Shown in pieces: positions 1 through 8,490 of a DNA stretch of 16,754 nt. The notes beneath the pieces were generated by a model. It saw only the letters and a list, made by a program, of their open reading frames with translations, was not told where the DNA came from and ran no database searches. Each line of letters begins with the position of its first letter. Within the stretch, counting starts at the first letter, position 1. Source of the stretch: a virus (lineage: Duplodnaviria; Heunggongvirae; Uroviricota; Caudoviricetes); IMG/VR virus record IMGVR_UViG_2939172355_000006, positions 1 through 16,754 of that record; one strand, 5' to 3'. Position numbers and translations under genes: made by a program.

Positions 1-903
1 TTATGAAAGCATAGACCGTTTACCCTCCCTGGGTACGACGGAACAGGGGTCCTGATGGATAATCACATCCGATCCCGGAAAACGCCGTAAAATAGCCTGC
101 TCTACCTGATCCGCCACCATATGTGCCTGAACCAAAGGCAGAGAGTCTTCCATTTCCAAATGAATCTGAATAAAGCGGGTCGGCCCTGACTGCCGCGTGC
201 GAAGATCGTGAGCGCCGCTAACACCCGGCCAGGAAGTCACGATATCAATAATTTCTTGCCGTTCCTCATCAGGCAATGCGCGATCCAGTAATGACTGTAC
301 CGCCTCATATCCCATGCGTAACGCGCTATATAAAATATAGATGCCGATTCCCAATGCAAACAGAGCATCGGCGCGATGCCAGCCGTACCAGGACAACCCC
401 AGCGCCAGCAGAATTGCGCCGTTCATCATAACATCAGACTGGTAATGTAGCATATCAGCCCTCACCGCCTGGCTTTGCGTCCGGCGCACCACCCAACGCT
501 GAAACGAGACAAGGATAATCGTACAAATTAGCGCCACAATTGTCACGATAACCCCGACGCCTGGATCTGTCATCGGTGTTGGAGATACCAGATGTTGAAT
601 ACCCGTCAAAAACAGGAATAGTGCCGAACCGGAGATAAACATACTTTGCGCCAGCGCCGCGAGGGACTCAGCTTTACCGTGACCAAACGAGTGATTATCG
701 TCGGCAGGTTGCAGGGAATATCGCACCACCAGTAAATTCGTCAACGACGCGCCGATATCCACCAGCGAATCCACCAGCGCGGCGAGAATACTCACCGACC
801 CGGTATACCACCATGCAAAAATTTTAATCAGCAATAGCAGCGAAGCCATCGCCGTCGCAGCAATCGCCGCCCGACTGACCAGCCGTCCATAAGATTGATT
901 CAT
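1..903 (-). CDS. fieF: Cation diffusion facilitator family Fe(II)/Zn(II) efflux transporter FieF (YiiP)
   Basis: Translation from the ATG at 903 ([17 protein letters not shown]...REGKRSMLS, 300 aa) matches E. coli FieF/YiiP along its whole length as I recall it; multiple hydrophobic TM segments and a charged C-terminal domain. The ORF-track start at 921 is a non-ATG extension. Stop is TAA at 1..3. Confidence 0.93.
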   Translation of the reverse strand: MNQSYGRLVSRAAIAATAMASLLLLIKIFAWWYTGSVSILAALVDSLVDIGASLTNLLVVRYSLQPADDNHSFGHGKAESLAALAQSMFISGSALFLFLTGIQHLVSPTPMTDPGVGVIVTIVALICTIILVSFQRWVVRRTQSQAVRADMLHYQSDVMMNGAILLALGLSWYGWHRADALFALGIGIYILYSALRMGYEAVQSLLDRALPDEERQEIIDIVTSWPGVSGAHDLRTRQSGPTRFIQIHLEMEDSLPLVQAHMVADQVEQAILRRFPGSDVIIHQDPCSVVPREGKRSMLS

Positions 904-984
904 AAATACTCCCGCTATCAACTGACGCTAGTATAACGGAAGCAAATCATCTGCAATGCATTAAGCAGCAGGCAAATTGAGGAT

Positions 985-1011
985 AAAAAAAACCCCCACA
1001 TCATGTGGGGG
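985..1011 (-). terminator. Rho-independent terminator (minus-strand sense): stem CCCCCAC / GTGGGGG followed by a U8 tract
   Basis: Plus strand reads A8 (985-992), CCCCCAC (993-999), loop ATCAT, GTGGGGG (1005-1011). On the minus strand this is a GC hairpin followed by eight T residues. Likely the terminator of the chromosomal gene upstream of fieF, or a second terminator after ogr. Confidence 0.6.
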
Positions 1012-1100
1012 AAGACAGGGATGGTGTCACAAAAAATCACCTAACCTACTGATATAAATGGATTTATATAAACCACTGTCCACATAGCGTCCACATCGAC

Positions 1101-1138
1101 CATAAATAAAGCCCCTCAACTGAGGGGCTATTTTTGTG
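1101..1138 (-). terminator. Hairpin terminator immediately 3' of ogr (bidirectional-looking); candidate position of the prophage att core
   Basis: GCCCCTC (1111-1117), loop AACT, GAGGGGC (1122-1128), flanked by an A-rich tract on one side and TATTTTTGTG on the other. It lies directly after the ogr stop codon. Confidence 0.55.
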
Positions 1139-1139
1139 A

Positions 1140-1358
1140 TCACATCCACATAATTTGCTGCCCTGACGGCAACGGGTGCGGCCTCACGGCGTGGACTTCT
1201 CCCGGCTTCACGATGTATCTCTGTACCGACTCATAAGTGATGAACGTGGCGCTGCAATTCACGTTCTGGCACTGGTGATAACGCTCTTTTGTCGTGTCAG
1301 TGATATAGCGGCTTGTACGCGCATGTGCGGCATGCTGGCATAAAGGACAATGAAACAT
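1140..1358 (-). CDS. ogr: Ogr, zinc-finger late-gene transcriptional activator of P2-like phages
   Basis: 72 aa product MFHCPLCQHAAHARTSRYITDTTKERYHQCQNVNCSATFITYESVQRYIVKPGEVHAVRPHPLPSGQQIMWM with a CxxC...CxxC zinc-binding arrangement; near-identical to P2 Ogr as I recall it. ATG at 1358; the ORF-track extension to 1433 is rejected. Confidence 0.9.
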   Translation of the reverse strand: MFHCPLCQHAAHARTSRYITDTTKERYHQCQNVNCSATFITYESVQRYIVKPGEVHAVRPHPLPSGQQIMWM

Positions 1359-1470
1359 CGCGAGCACCTCTTCCGGTTTTGTTGATAGTGCCATTTTAGT
1401 TAAATTATCATTATAAAACAAAAAGATAAACAAAAGACATCACTCATAATCTTCTGTTTCGTACTCCACA

Positions 1471-2286
1471 TCAGAAACCGTCGCGGCGAATCAGCGTAGT
1501 GACGCCTGACTCGTTAAGCAGGTCAGCATCGGTGCCGGACTCCTGCAAATCCCAGAATACAGATGCGCTGATGCCGGTAACACCGTTCACCCCGACATTG
1601 GACAGCGTTTTATGCCAGCCCTGCTCCTGGTCGATTTTAGCGCGCAGCCCCAGCGCACGGGCGGTGGCATACGCGGTGGCGGTGGTACTGGTGACCGTAT
1701 CCCATGCGAGGAAATCCGGCCAGATGACCATCAGCTCACGCTGGCTGAAATTCTGGCGGTAGGCTTTCACCTCGGAAATGGTTTTACAGCCCCATGCGCT
1801 GATATACCCGAAAGCGCGCAGCTTCTGACAGACTGATGCCAGTGCAACAGCCACCTCTTTGGTATCCAGCCCCGGCACGCCGAGAATACGCGGTTTAACA
1901 CCGGTTACCGACTCCGCCGCCAGCAGGGCTTTCAGTCCGGTGTACTGACCGTTTTCGTCGGTGGTGCCGATGATATTGGAAACGGTCTGCGCAAGTTTCG
2001 CTTCCTCGTCGTCGCCGGTGCCGTCTTCCACACGCACGACAACGGTGACCGGTTTTGACTGGTCGGCGATGGCCTGCAACGATGCCGCCAGCGTGCCTTT
2101 TTTACCGGCCTTTGCAATTGCGCTCTGCACATTGGTAATCAGCACTGGTTTATTGAGGGGGAAGATTTCCGCATCCGCATCGCTGGCCGTGCAGACCATG
2201 CCAACAATGGCGGTGGATACGGTGGAAATGACGCGGGTGCCGTCGTTAATCTCCAGCACCTGCACGCCGTGATGATAGTCACTCAT
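1471..2286 (-). pseudogene. Tail sheath protein (P2 gpFI-like), N-terminal 271 codons only; 3'-truncated
   Basis: Product begins MSDYHHGVQVLEINDGTRVISTVSTAIVGMVCTASDADAE..., which I recognise as the N-terminus of P2-family contractile tail sheath proteins (about 390 aa when intact). The frame stops after ...TTLIRRDGF and ogr follows 110 bp downstream with no tail tube, E, T, U or D genes in between. GGAG lies 8 nt upstream of the ATG at 2286. Confidence 0.7.
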
Positions 2287-2605
2287 CCGTTTAACTCCGT
2301 GGTTAATGGGTGCAACTATTTTCTGTTGGGCAGTGCATGAGACGCTATTTGACCTGGCTGGTCAGTGGATGAAACAACAGATAAAGAAAAGGCAGGCAAT
2401 TCGCCCGCCTGTCCTGATTTGTACTCACTCATTTTCCGACTGACAATTTACATAGCCAAAACGCTATCAAATCTGACAGTCTGCTTTGAGCGAGGAGCAG
2501 AGGTTAGTTTTAGTTAACCAAAATGATAAAAAGCAGTAGAAAAATCCGCTCATTACGTTATGGTTATAAGCCGCACATAATCATCCGAGCCAAATCCTCT
2601 TGATT

Positions 2606-3505
2606 TCAAAGAATTAGCACTTGCTCTTCACTAGAAACTATGGTTCTGACTTCACGCTCAAATATTGGATCCATTATCATTTTTCTATTTGTTGGAATAG
2701 TAAATTTACCGAGTACCATGACAATGCTACTCAACGGAAATAATTTTGGAGTAACATTTCCTAATTGAATCGTAGGATATATATTAAAGCCCCCTTTTAT
2801 CCTCATTGGCGAACCTTCAATGAAGTGTCGATAATTAAATTTCGCCATAGGGATTCTCGCCACATGCACTTTCATAATTACAGCAACCTGAGCTATTTTT
2901 ACTTTCTGGAGGTAAGTTGACAATCGTTCTAACTGCGTTGTTTCATAGAAAAAATCAGACCACGTTACAGTACTTGTTCCAGTAACAATTTTTATGCTGT
3001 TTCTCTTGTTGGGGTGAGCTTTTCCATATTCATAGATCTCCCGTAAGCTATCCATGTTCTTCACATAAGGGGCTTTCCGACCTCTCTTGACATAAACGCG
3101 GTCTGTAGTATCAGAAGGTGGATTTGCCTGCATAGCTGCAGCTTTTCTGCTTAATTTAGAGATATCATCTTCATCGAGTATATGTATACGGAATATATTA
3201 TTACCTGTGGCAAGCGCACGGCTGATATCATGACTGGAATCACTTGCATAAATTGTATTCAATCCTGAAGTTCCATACTGGCATAATTTGTCATGCGTGA
3301 AATTTTTTTCCAGTCTAAAGAAGGCGGGGATATGCAAGGTTTTATTAAAACTCCGACGAATATGGCTTTTGACATACACCAAATGAGCAGAGCAATTTGG
3401 GTCAGGACATTTGAGTGGATAGGGATTAACACTATAATTAAAAGTATTTACATTTACTAAAATCTGATTGTTATCAATAGCCTGAGTTATACGAATACCA
3501 CTCAT
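2606..3505 (-). CDS. Hypothetical 299 aa protein (AT-rich cargo gene in the Z/fun position between tail fiber assembly gene G and sheath gene FI)
   Basis: Clean ORF with ATG at 3505 preceded by GGAGGAG (4 nt spacing). Codon usage is visibly AT-rich compared with flanking phage genes. N-terminal Cys/His cluster (KCPDPNCSAHLVYVKSH...H...H...C). No family recognised by eye. Confidence 0.75.
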   Translation of the reverse strand: MSGIRITQAIDNNQILVNVNTFNYSVNPYPLKCPDPNCSAHLVYVKSHIRRSFNKTLHIPAFFRLEKNFTHDKLCQYGTSGLNTIYASDSSHDISRALATGNNIFRIHILDEDDISKLSRKAAAMQANPPSDTTDRVYVKRGRKAPYVKNMDSLREIYEYGKAHPNKRNSIKIVTGTSTVTWSDFFYETTQLERLSTYLQKVKIAQVAVIMKVHVARIPMAKFNYRHFIEGSPMRIKGGFNIYPTIQLGNVTPKLFPLSSIVMVLGKFTIPTNRKMIMDPIFEREVRTIVSSEEQVLIL

Positions 3506-3645
3506 TACTCCTCCATAAAGATAGGCGCAAGCATTTAGTAATAAACCATTAACATGCCGAGATCATACCCGATCATTGAAATGTAAACACTCCCCTAAGA
3601 CGGCTGCTGGCATAATATTTTATGACATCAGCAATGCCCACCTCT

Positions 3646-3685
3646 GGCACAGAGTGGACTGTCAGATTAGGCTTTACTCTGTGCC
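3646..3685. repeat. Inverted repeat GGCACAGAGT ... ACTCTGTGCC (10 bp arms, 20 nt loop) between gene G and the cargo gene
   Basis: Perfect 10 bp arms at 3646-3655 and 3676-3685. Not followed by a U tract on either strand, so more likely a regulatory or processing structure than a simple terminator. Confidence 0.5.
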
Positions 3686-3720
3686 ATAGATATGTAAGCC
3701 CACACTAGAGCTCATACAAC

Positions 3721-4248
3721 TTATTGCGGCATTTCCGGCCATTCAGGATTTGCAGGATCCACACGACTGACCAGAACACTATAGCGTTCCCATGCCTCCA
3801 GTCGACTACGCTCCTCATCTGTTGCCATATTCAGCCTGACCGCGCGCTCCAGCGGCAAAATCACGGATTCAGCTTCGGAAAGCAAAGCTGCCTTATGTAA
3901 TTCCGCCAGTTTCTGCTGTTCGTCTGCCGTATAAATCCGCTTAATCACGGCACCATCCTTAAACATCCATTTACCTGAGTCGTCAGCACGTCGGTTGGAG
4001 GTAATATCAGGAACCTCAACAACGCTAAAACCTTCAGGATTAAGCGTTGAAGCATCTCTGGTGATAGCGACAATAATATTATTTTCATCGTAAACAATCT
4101 TTATTGTGTCTGGCTGAAAGTTCTTCACTTCCTCATACCAGTTTTTTCCGTCCTCAGAGTAAAGCCAGATAACTCCGTGTTTCTTTGTTAACTCATACTG
4201 TTCCAGTGTTTTAGCGTTACCCGCTTTTATGTTCTTTAAGTGCATCAT
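3721..4248 (-). CDS. Tail fiber assembly protein (P2 gpG-like chaperone)
   Basis: 175 aa product [23 protein letters not shown]...[20 protein letters not shown]...[27 protein letters not shown] has the characteristic tail-fiber-assembly (Tfa/gpG) sequence pattern and sits immediately 3' of the tail fiber gene. Confidence 0.85.
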   Translation of the reverse strand: MMHLKNIKAGNAKTLEQYELTKKHGVIWLYSEDGKNWYEEVKNFQPDTIKIVYDENNIIVAITRDASTLNPEGFSVVEVPDITSNRRADDSGKWMFKDGAVIKRIYTADEQQKLAELHKAALLSEAESVILPLERAVRLNMATDEERSRLEAWERYSVLVSRVDPANPEWPEMPQ

Positions 4249-4249
4249 A

Positions 4250-5347
4250 TTAAACGCTCGCTACATTATACCAGGTGCCATTTATATACTTTTGAACGGG
4301 TCTGTAATAAACGCCCGCTATATTATCGGCAGAGTTGGACCCTGTATCCTGAACATTAATACCAGACAATACATGACCTGACGGGCACTGGAAATTCCAT
4401 GTTTGCCAGTTGTTCACTCCATAATATTGCTGTGACCCAAGTCGAACATCTTTCACATATCTGGAATCAAAATTGCCATAGTTGCCAGGAATAACTTGCG
4501 AGCCACAAAGCCAGTTACCGTTATTATCCATGTACGCCTGACCATCGGTGCCATTGGCTGTCCTTGAGTTATTAATCATGTAGATGCCAAATTGCTTATT
4601 TCCCAGACCGCCAATCATAAATTTGCGGTCGGCATGGTCCTGACGGAGCAAAGCCTGAGCACCATCAGTGGATACCGCATTACGTCCAAAAATAACATTC
4701 TGGTCACGCATATGAATCCACATGCCTGTGCTGCTGTTAATTGCAAGGCGGTTTGCGTACACCCATGCGTTAGTTGTTATATCTCCTGTAACATCCAGAG
4801 CGTGCCCCATAGTTATGCGACCAGTTCTGAGATTCAACGAAAAGGGGCGTAGTGGCCCGATATCACCATTTTCCCCCTCATTCTCTCGTGTGGGGATAAT
4901 ATGCAGGCATTCTTCAGAACGGCGAAAAATAGCACCAAAGGATGAATTAAAGATTCTCAGTGCATTGACTGTCGATATTTTTACTTCACTGCTGAAAAGG
5001 GCTTTAACAAGGACAGACAAAGCATCCCATTTAAGATTCATCAGGTCTTTTGTTGTGGTGCCCTGACGGCTTCTCCATTTGAAATATTCATTGCCGTTGT
5101 CGCCTGTTTCAAACCACATGTATGAATCAGTGTCACCATCGGCATCATTTTTAAATCCAATCTTCGCCCAGTCAGTATTTCGAATCCAGGCAAGGATTGA
5201 GTCGTTTTCAAAAGTAAGTCCACCGGACAAGGTATCGCCATTTTTTTGCACGGCGTTCCCGGCTCGGTTTACCGTTTCCTGTAAACCGAGATATTCGATA
5301 ACGGCGGCAACGGTCGATTTAGCCAGAATACCGTGAGCGCGCTGGTT
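4250..5347 (-). pseudogene. Tail fiber protein (P2 gpH-like), C-terminal ~365 codons; 5'-truncated, no start codon
   Basis: The frame opens directly after an in-frame stop at 5348-5350 and reads ...GILAKSTVAAVIEYLGLQETVNRAGNAVQKNGDTLSGGLTFENDSILAWIRNTDWAKIGF...[17 protein letters not shown], matching the conserved middle and C-terminal receptor-binding part of P2-type tail fibers. The N-terminal baseplate-attachment domain is missing. The track start at 5251 is a GTG inside the fragment. Confidence 0.72.
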
Positions 5348-5691
5348 TCAGGTTCATACTCAATCACCGCCCCGTCAGGGAAACGGATATGCAGGGCATC
5401 CGCCGACGCAGACGGCGCGGGGTTATCGCCGGAATAAATCCCCGGCAGAACGAACGCCGTGTCGAGTTCACCACCCACGGCCAGAATCAGCACCTGTTCC
5501 CCCACGGAAGGTGCCCACCATGTGCGCGAACGCCCGGCGCGATGGGTCAGCCACTGAAGCCAGTCGGTGCACATGCCGCCGGTCTGCACACGGCAGCGAC
5601 CGGCATTAAGGTCGGTTTCGACGATAATGCCGGTGCGGATCATGTTGCGCAGTGCGCGCGCGAGTTCCTGAATATTTGCGAGAGTGTTCAT
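5269..5691 (-). pseudogene. Baseplate spike protein (P2 gpV-like), N-terminal fragment fused out of frame into the tail fiber remnant
   Basis: From the ATG at 5691: MNTLANIQELARALRNMIRTGIIVETDLNAGRCRVQTGG...IRFPDGAVIEYEPETSALTV matches the gpV N-terminus, then reads FWLNRPLPPLSNISVYRKR*, which is the tail fiber DNA in a different frame. Baseplate genes W, J and I are absent. Confidence 0.7.
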
Positions 5692-5774
5692 GCGTGTGAG
5701 ATTGCACAATATATAAAAGTTATGCTATCTGGATTCATTTGTAGAACGACCATACAACATTCGAGGAGAGCGTA

Positions 5775-6560
5775 ATGTTCAGTGATAATGTGACTAATGC
5801 GTGGTGGTTTATCTCTTTGTATCTATTTTTATTAATAGCATTAACATTTGTTACCTTTGGTAAAAGTAATCTTATGAGGTTTATTGCACATCATTTCAAT
5901 CTTGAGTATTCAGACAGAAAGTTAAAAATGCTCGACAAAAAATGGCGCGACATTCAACTATTTAAAATAATTAACGGAATCAATGTATCAGGCATCGAAG
6001 ATGTGAGAATGATACAGCAGGGGCTGATTGATGGAAAACTAAAAACATCGTATTTTTTCCTTACTCGCTTCTGGGGTGACATAACAAAACCACCACACAT
6101 AATTAAAACAACAATTGTAATTCTGGCCAGTATTATTTATATTCTCTTCGCATGTTATATACACAATGAACAATCCGCTATAGTAAGGGATGCCATAGGT
6201 ATACCATATAAAAATATGATGTACTATGTTTATAGTGACAAAGTTCTTTTATCCTTCAAAAATAAAACGGTTGAATTTAATAAAACTTATAGCCTTGCCG
6301 ATTGCAAGAGTCTGCAAAACGTATTTATAAAAGACACACTTCCCGAGATCGCCTGCAATAAGCTCTTACAGCTAAACAAGGAGGACTCCGAATGGTTAAG
6401 TCAGGAGATTAAAGATAATAACAGCTACAGAAAAACATTATTAATAATGTCCCTAACCTATTTCATTTCAGGTCTGCTTATATTCCTGTCATATACAAAA
6501 TTCCTTTACGCCAATAAGAAGGTTTTAGAATACAAAGCATCAAATAAAAACCACTCATAA
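5775..6560 (+). CDS. Hypothetical integral membrane protein, 261 aa (AT-rich insertion between S and V, opposite strand to the late genes)
   Basis: ATG at 5775 preceded by GAGGAG (4 nt spacing). Three strongly hydrophobic segments (AWWFISLYLFLLIALTFVTF; IIKTTIVILASIIYILFACYI; LLIMSLTYFISGLLIFLSYT). Very AT-rich; no family recognised. Confidence 0.6.
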   Translation: MFSDNVTNAWWFISLYLFLLIALTFVTFGKSNLMRFIAHHFNLEYSDRKLKMLDKKWRDIQLFKIINGINVSGIEDVRMIQQGLIDGKLKTSYFFLTRFWGDITKPPHIIKTTIVILASIIYILFACYIHNEQSAIVRDAIGIPYKNMMYYVYSDKVLLSFKNKTVEFNKTYSLADCKSLQNVFIKDTLPEIACNKLLQLNKEDSEWLSQEIKDNNSYRKTLLIMSLTYFISGLLIFLSYTKFLYANKKVLEYKASNKNHS

Positions 6561-6570
6561 ACCTCTAAAT

Positions 6571-6597
6571 ATTGAGCGACCAGCACGGCCGCTCAAT
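6571..6597. terminator. Hairpin ATTGAGCG ... CGCTCAAT between convergent genes (membrane protein gene and S)
   Basis: 8 bp inverted repeat with an 11 nt loop, located between the two convergent stop codons (6560 and 6632). U-rich flank is modest on both sides. Confidence 0.45.
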
Positions 6598-6631
6598 GCT
6601 TAATTGCGCATCAGCCTCTGCCTGGATAAAA

Positions 6632-7084
6632 CTAACGCTCAAGGTGAGCCAGGATAATCTCTTCAATCATCTGCACATCCTCACCGGTAAAGCCGAGCAG
6701 AGGACGCGCCGGATAATCAATTTTCTTACCGTCTTTCCGGTTTTCTTCCGACAGACCGAACTGATGCACACTGGCGATTTTCGGTGACTTCCCGCCGTAA
6801 AACTCCATTGATGCCTGTTCCGGGCTGGCGCGGATATGCAAAAAACGACTGGTGATAAGTTTCGCAAACATTTTTCGCTTAACACGACCGGTCTTTTTTC
6901 TGGCGCTCTGCTGCTGGCGTGGCGCGTAGGGTGTGCCGTCCGGAGTTTTCTGTGCCATCACCCGACGCTGCTGACTCTGCCGCAGGCGTTTCGCCAGTTC
7001 GGCACTCAGTCGCCGACGCCCTGACGGTGACAGCGATTCAATCAGTCCGGTCAGCCGGTCTTCAAAACGCTTAAACTCATTCAT
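6632..7084 (-). CDS. Tail completion protein S (P2 gpS-like)
   Basis: 150 aa MNEFKRFEDRLTGLIESLSPSGRRRLSAELAKRLRQSQQRRVMAQKTPDGTPYAPRQQQ...IILAHLER; matches P2 gpS in length and sequence as recalled. Start overlaps the end of R by 8 nt. Confidence 0.85.
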   Translation of the reverse strand: MNEFKRFEDRLTGLIESLSPSGRRRLSAELAKRLRQSQQRRVMAQKTPDGTPYAPRQQQSARKKTGRVKRKMFAKLITSRFLHIRASPEQASMEFYGGKSPKIASVHQFGLSEENRKDGKKIDYPARPLLGFTGEDVQMIEEIILAHLER

Positions 7085-7544
7085 CCCACTTGCTCACCAG
7101 TTCGCCATTGATATACAGCTCCATCGGGCGGGTGACCGGCTCCGGCGGCGGAGGTTCCGGGATATTCTTCACATGCAGCGCGCCGTCCACCTCACTGACC
7201 AGCGTGCGCTCGGTCAGCATCAGGCTGATACTGATATCAAAGCTGCTGTCATTGTTGATGTCCGCATAAAACGTGAAGCCCTTTTTCTGGCCTGCGTCGG
7301 TGGTCATGATGTCGGGCTGATTTTCCCGCAGCCACGCTAGCACCGGCACGATGAGCAGGTCAAAATCACCGGTAAAGTCGGTCACAATGACATTGAGCGT
7401 GTAACGCTTTTCAAATGACAGCGACCTCGCCAGTGTGGAGGCAATACTCCCGTTATCCACGAATATCCGCAGCATCTCGGGACTGGTTTTCAGCACCGTG
7501 ACAGCATCAGTCAGCGCCCTGCGCAGGCTGTCGGGTTTGAGCAT
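7077..7544 (-). CDS. Tail completion protein R (P2 gpR-like)
   Basis: 155 aa MLKPDSLRRALTDAVTVLKTSPEMLRIFVDNGSIASTLARSLSFEKRYTLNVIVTDFTGDFDLLIVPVLAWLREN...; matches P2 gpR in length and sequence as recalled. Confidence 0.85.
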   Translation of the reverse strand: MLKPDSLRRALTDAVTVLKTSPEMLRIFVDNGSIASTLARSLSFEKRYTLNVIVTDFTGDFDLLIVPVLAWLRENQPDIMTTDAGQKKGFTFYADINNDSSFDISISLMLTERTLVSEVDGALHVKNIPEPPPPEPVTRPMELYINGELVSKWDE

Positions 7545-7797
7545 CGTTTTCGTCCTGACAGTGTTTAATCATTTTTACCTGGCTGGCACAGCGTGCCAGC
7601 GCGTTCTCAAGCTGCCGGATATCAGCACTTAAATCGCCGTTCGTCTCCGGGTCACTGCCCGGCATCGGGCAAAGGCTCACTTTCGGGCAGGCGTTGTGGA
7701 CAATCACTGGCGTCGGCGCAGGCCGGGCGCTGGTGCAACCGGCGCACAGCATCAGGCAGGTCAGCGCCGTACCAGCGGCGAAAATCTTCGTTTTCAT
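7507..7797 (-). CDS. lysC: LysC, outer-membrane lipoprotein spanin (Rz1-like), encoded out of frame within the 3' part of lysB
   Basis: From the ATG at 7797: MKTKIFAAGTALTCLMLCAGC... has a signal peptide with a lipobox (LCAGC), Pro-rich, 96 aa. Embedded in an alternative frame of the lysB region (overlap 7652-7797) and extending into R, the known P2 spanin arrangement. The ORF-track extension to 7914 is rejected. Confidence 0.7.
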   Translation of the reverse strand: MKTKIFAAGTALTCLMLCAGCTSARPAPTPVIVHNACPKVSLCPMPGSDPETNGDLSADIRQLENALARCASQVKMIKHCQDENDAQTRQPAQGAD

Positions 7798-8077
7798 TAA
7801 GTAACCTCGTGATGGTTTTCTCGCGCTGTGCTTCACGCTTCGCGGCGTTCTCCAGCTCCTGACGCAGTGCCACCTGCGCCAGCTCGTTTTTGTCTGCCCT
7901 GGTAAGGGCAACATGAAGCTGATTTTTCAGCATGGTGATGGTCGTCTGCTGTTCACTGGCGACGTTGTTCGCCCTGTCCAGCGAGGCGCGCAGGCTGGCA
8001 TTTTTGTGTTTCACCAGAAACAGACCGGCCACCGCCAGTGATAACAACACGACCAGCACAATCATCAGCTTTGACAT
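7652..8077 (-). CDS. lysB: LysB, inner-membrane spanin (Rz-like)
   Basis: 141 aa with an N-terminal TM segment (MSKLMIVLVVLLSLAVAGLFLV) followed by a charged coiled-coil-like region; matches P2 LysB. Confidence 0.8.
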   Translation of the reverse strand: MSKLMIVLVVLLSLAVAGLFLVKHKNASLRASLDRANNVASEQQTTITMLKNQLHVALTRADKNELAQVALRQELENAAKREAQREKTITRLLNENEDFRRWYGADLPDAVRRLHQRPACADASDCPQRLPESEPLPDAGQ

Positions 8078-8490
8078 GGTTCCCGCCCCTCAAAACGCTG
8101 ACAGCAGGCCGTACGTATCAGCCGGAAGAACACCGATGCCACGAGATAAATCAGCGCGGTAAAAATCCCCCCGGCAGCGACCAGCGAGATAAACGTCGCC
8201 ACCATCACTACCAGAGCCACTGACCGCCTGCGCCACGGCACCGGCTGCAAAAACAGCGCCGTGACAATCTTCACGGCCAGCGATTCCGGCGGCAGCTCCC
8301 GCCCGTAACGTTCCAGTACATACTCAGTGGCATACACGCCGACACCACCGGCAACCACACAGATAACCGTCGCCAGAATCGCCCAGGCGGCGACAAAACT
8401 GACGGCCACGCTCTGCGGGTAAATCAGGGACAGTGCCAGCATCAGCGCCAGCGACACGTTCAGCATCAGTGAAAGGGATAATTTCTTCAT
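8065..8490 (-). CDS. lysA: LysA, membrane protein of the P2 lysis cassette (lysis timing)
   Basis: 141 aa MKKLSLSLMLNVSLALMLALSLIYPQSVAV... with four hydrophobic segments; matches P2 LysA. No holin (Y) or endolysin (K) gene lies upstream of it; a portal fragment on the other strand abuts its start codon. Confidence 0.8.
   Translation of the reverse strand: MKKLSLSLMLNVSLALMLALSLIYPQSVAVSFVAAWAILATVICVVAGGVGVYATEYVLERYGRELPPESLAVKIVTALFLQPVPWRRRSVALVVMVATFISLVAAGGIFTALIYLVASVFFRLIRTACCQRFEGREPCQS

Noticed and set aside
1140-1433. Longer 97 aa version of the ogr ORF from the ORF track
   Set aside because: The 25-residue N-terminal extension (MFIFLFYNDNLTKMALSTKPEEVLA) is not part of Ogr as I know it; the conserved protein begins at the internal ATG (1358). 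The extension runs through the AT-rich promoter region.
1499-2272. Four plus-strand ORFs (1499..1762, 1612..1836, 1961..2272) and one minus-strand alternative frame (1932..2132) inside the sheath fragment
   Set aside because: They lie antisense to or out of frame with a recognisable conserved gene, have Ala/Arg/Pro-rich low-complexity products typical of off-frame reading of GC-rich coding DNA, and lack ribosome-binding sites.
4592-5336. ORFs 4592..4852 (+), 4722..5066 (+), 5041..5241 (-), 5079..5336 (+) within the tail fiber remnant
   Set aside because: Alternative-frame or antisense ORFs inside a region whose minus-strand frame encodes a clearly recognisable tail fiber; no independent support.
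5740-5756. TGT-N11-ACA dyad upstream of the V fragment as a possible Ogr-dependent late promoter
   Set aside because: The P2 late-promoter dyad I recall is TGT-N12-ACA centred near -55; the spacing here is 11 (or 14 with the alternative ACA), and the geometry would put the transcript start almost on the V start codon. Not asserted as a feature.
5389-5775. 128 aa plus-strand ORF antisense to the gpV fragment
   Set aside because: Entirely antisense to the conserved gpV N-terminus; Arg-rich product typical of a spurious frame.
6572-7024. ORFs 6572..6787 (+), 6667..6885 (-), 6836..7024 (+) overlapping gene S
   Set aside because: Out of frame or antisense relative to the well-supported S gene.
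7798-7914. N-terminal extension of the lysC ORF (track start at 7914)
   Set aside because: The signal peptide and lipobox begin at the internal ATG (7797); the extension is simply an open stretch in the alternative frame of lysB.
7435-8223. Plus-strand ORFs 7435..7632, 7593..7862, 7932..8162, 8038..8223 across the lysis genes
   Set aside because: Antisense to R, lysC, lysB and lysA, whose minus-strand products are recognisable; no RBS.
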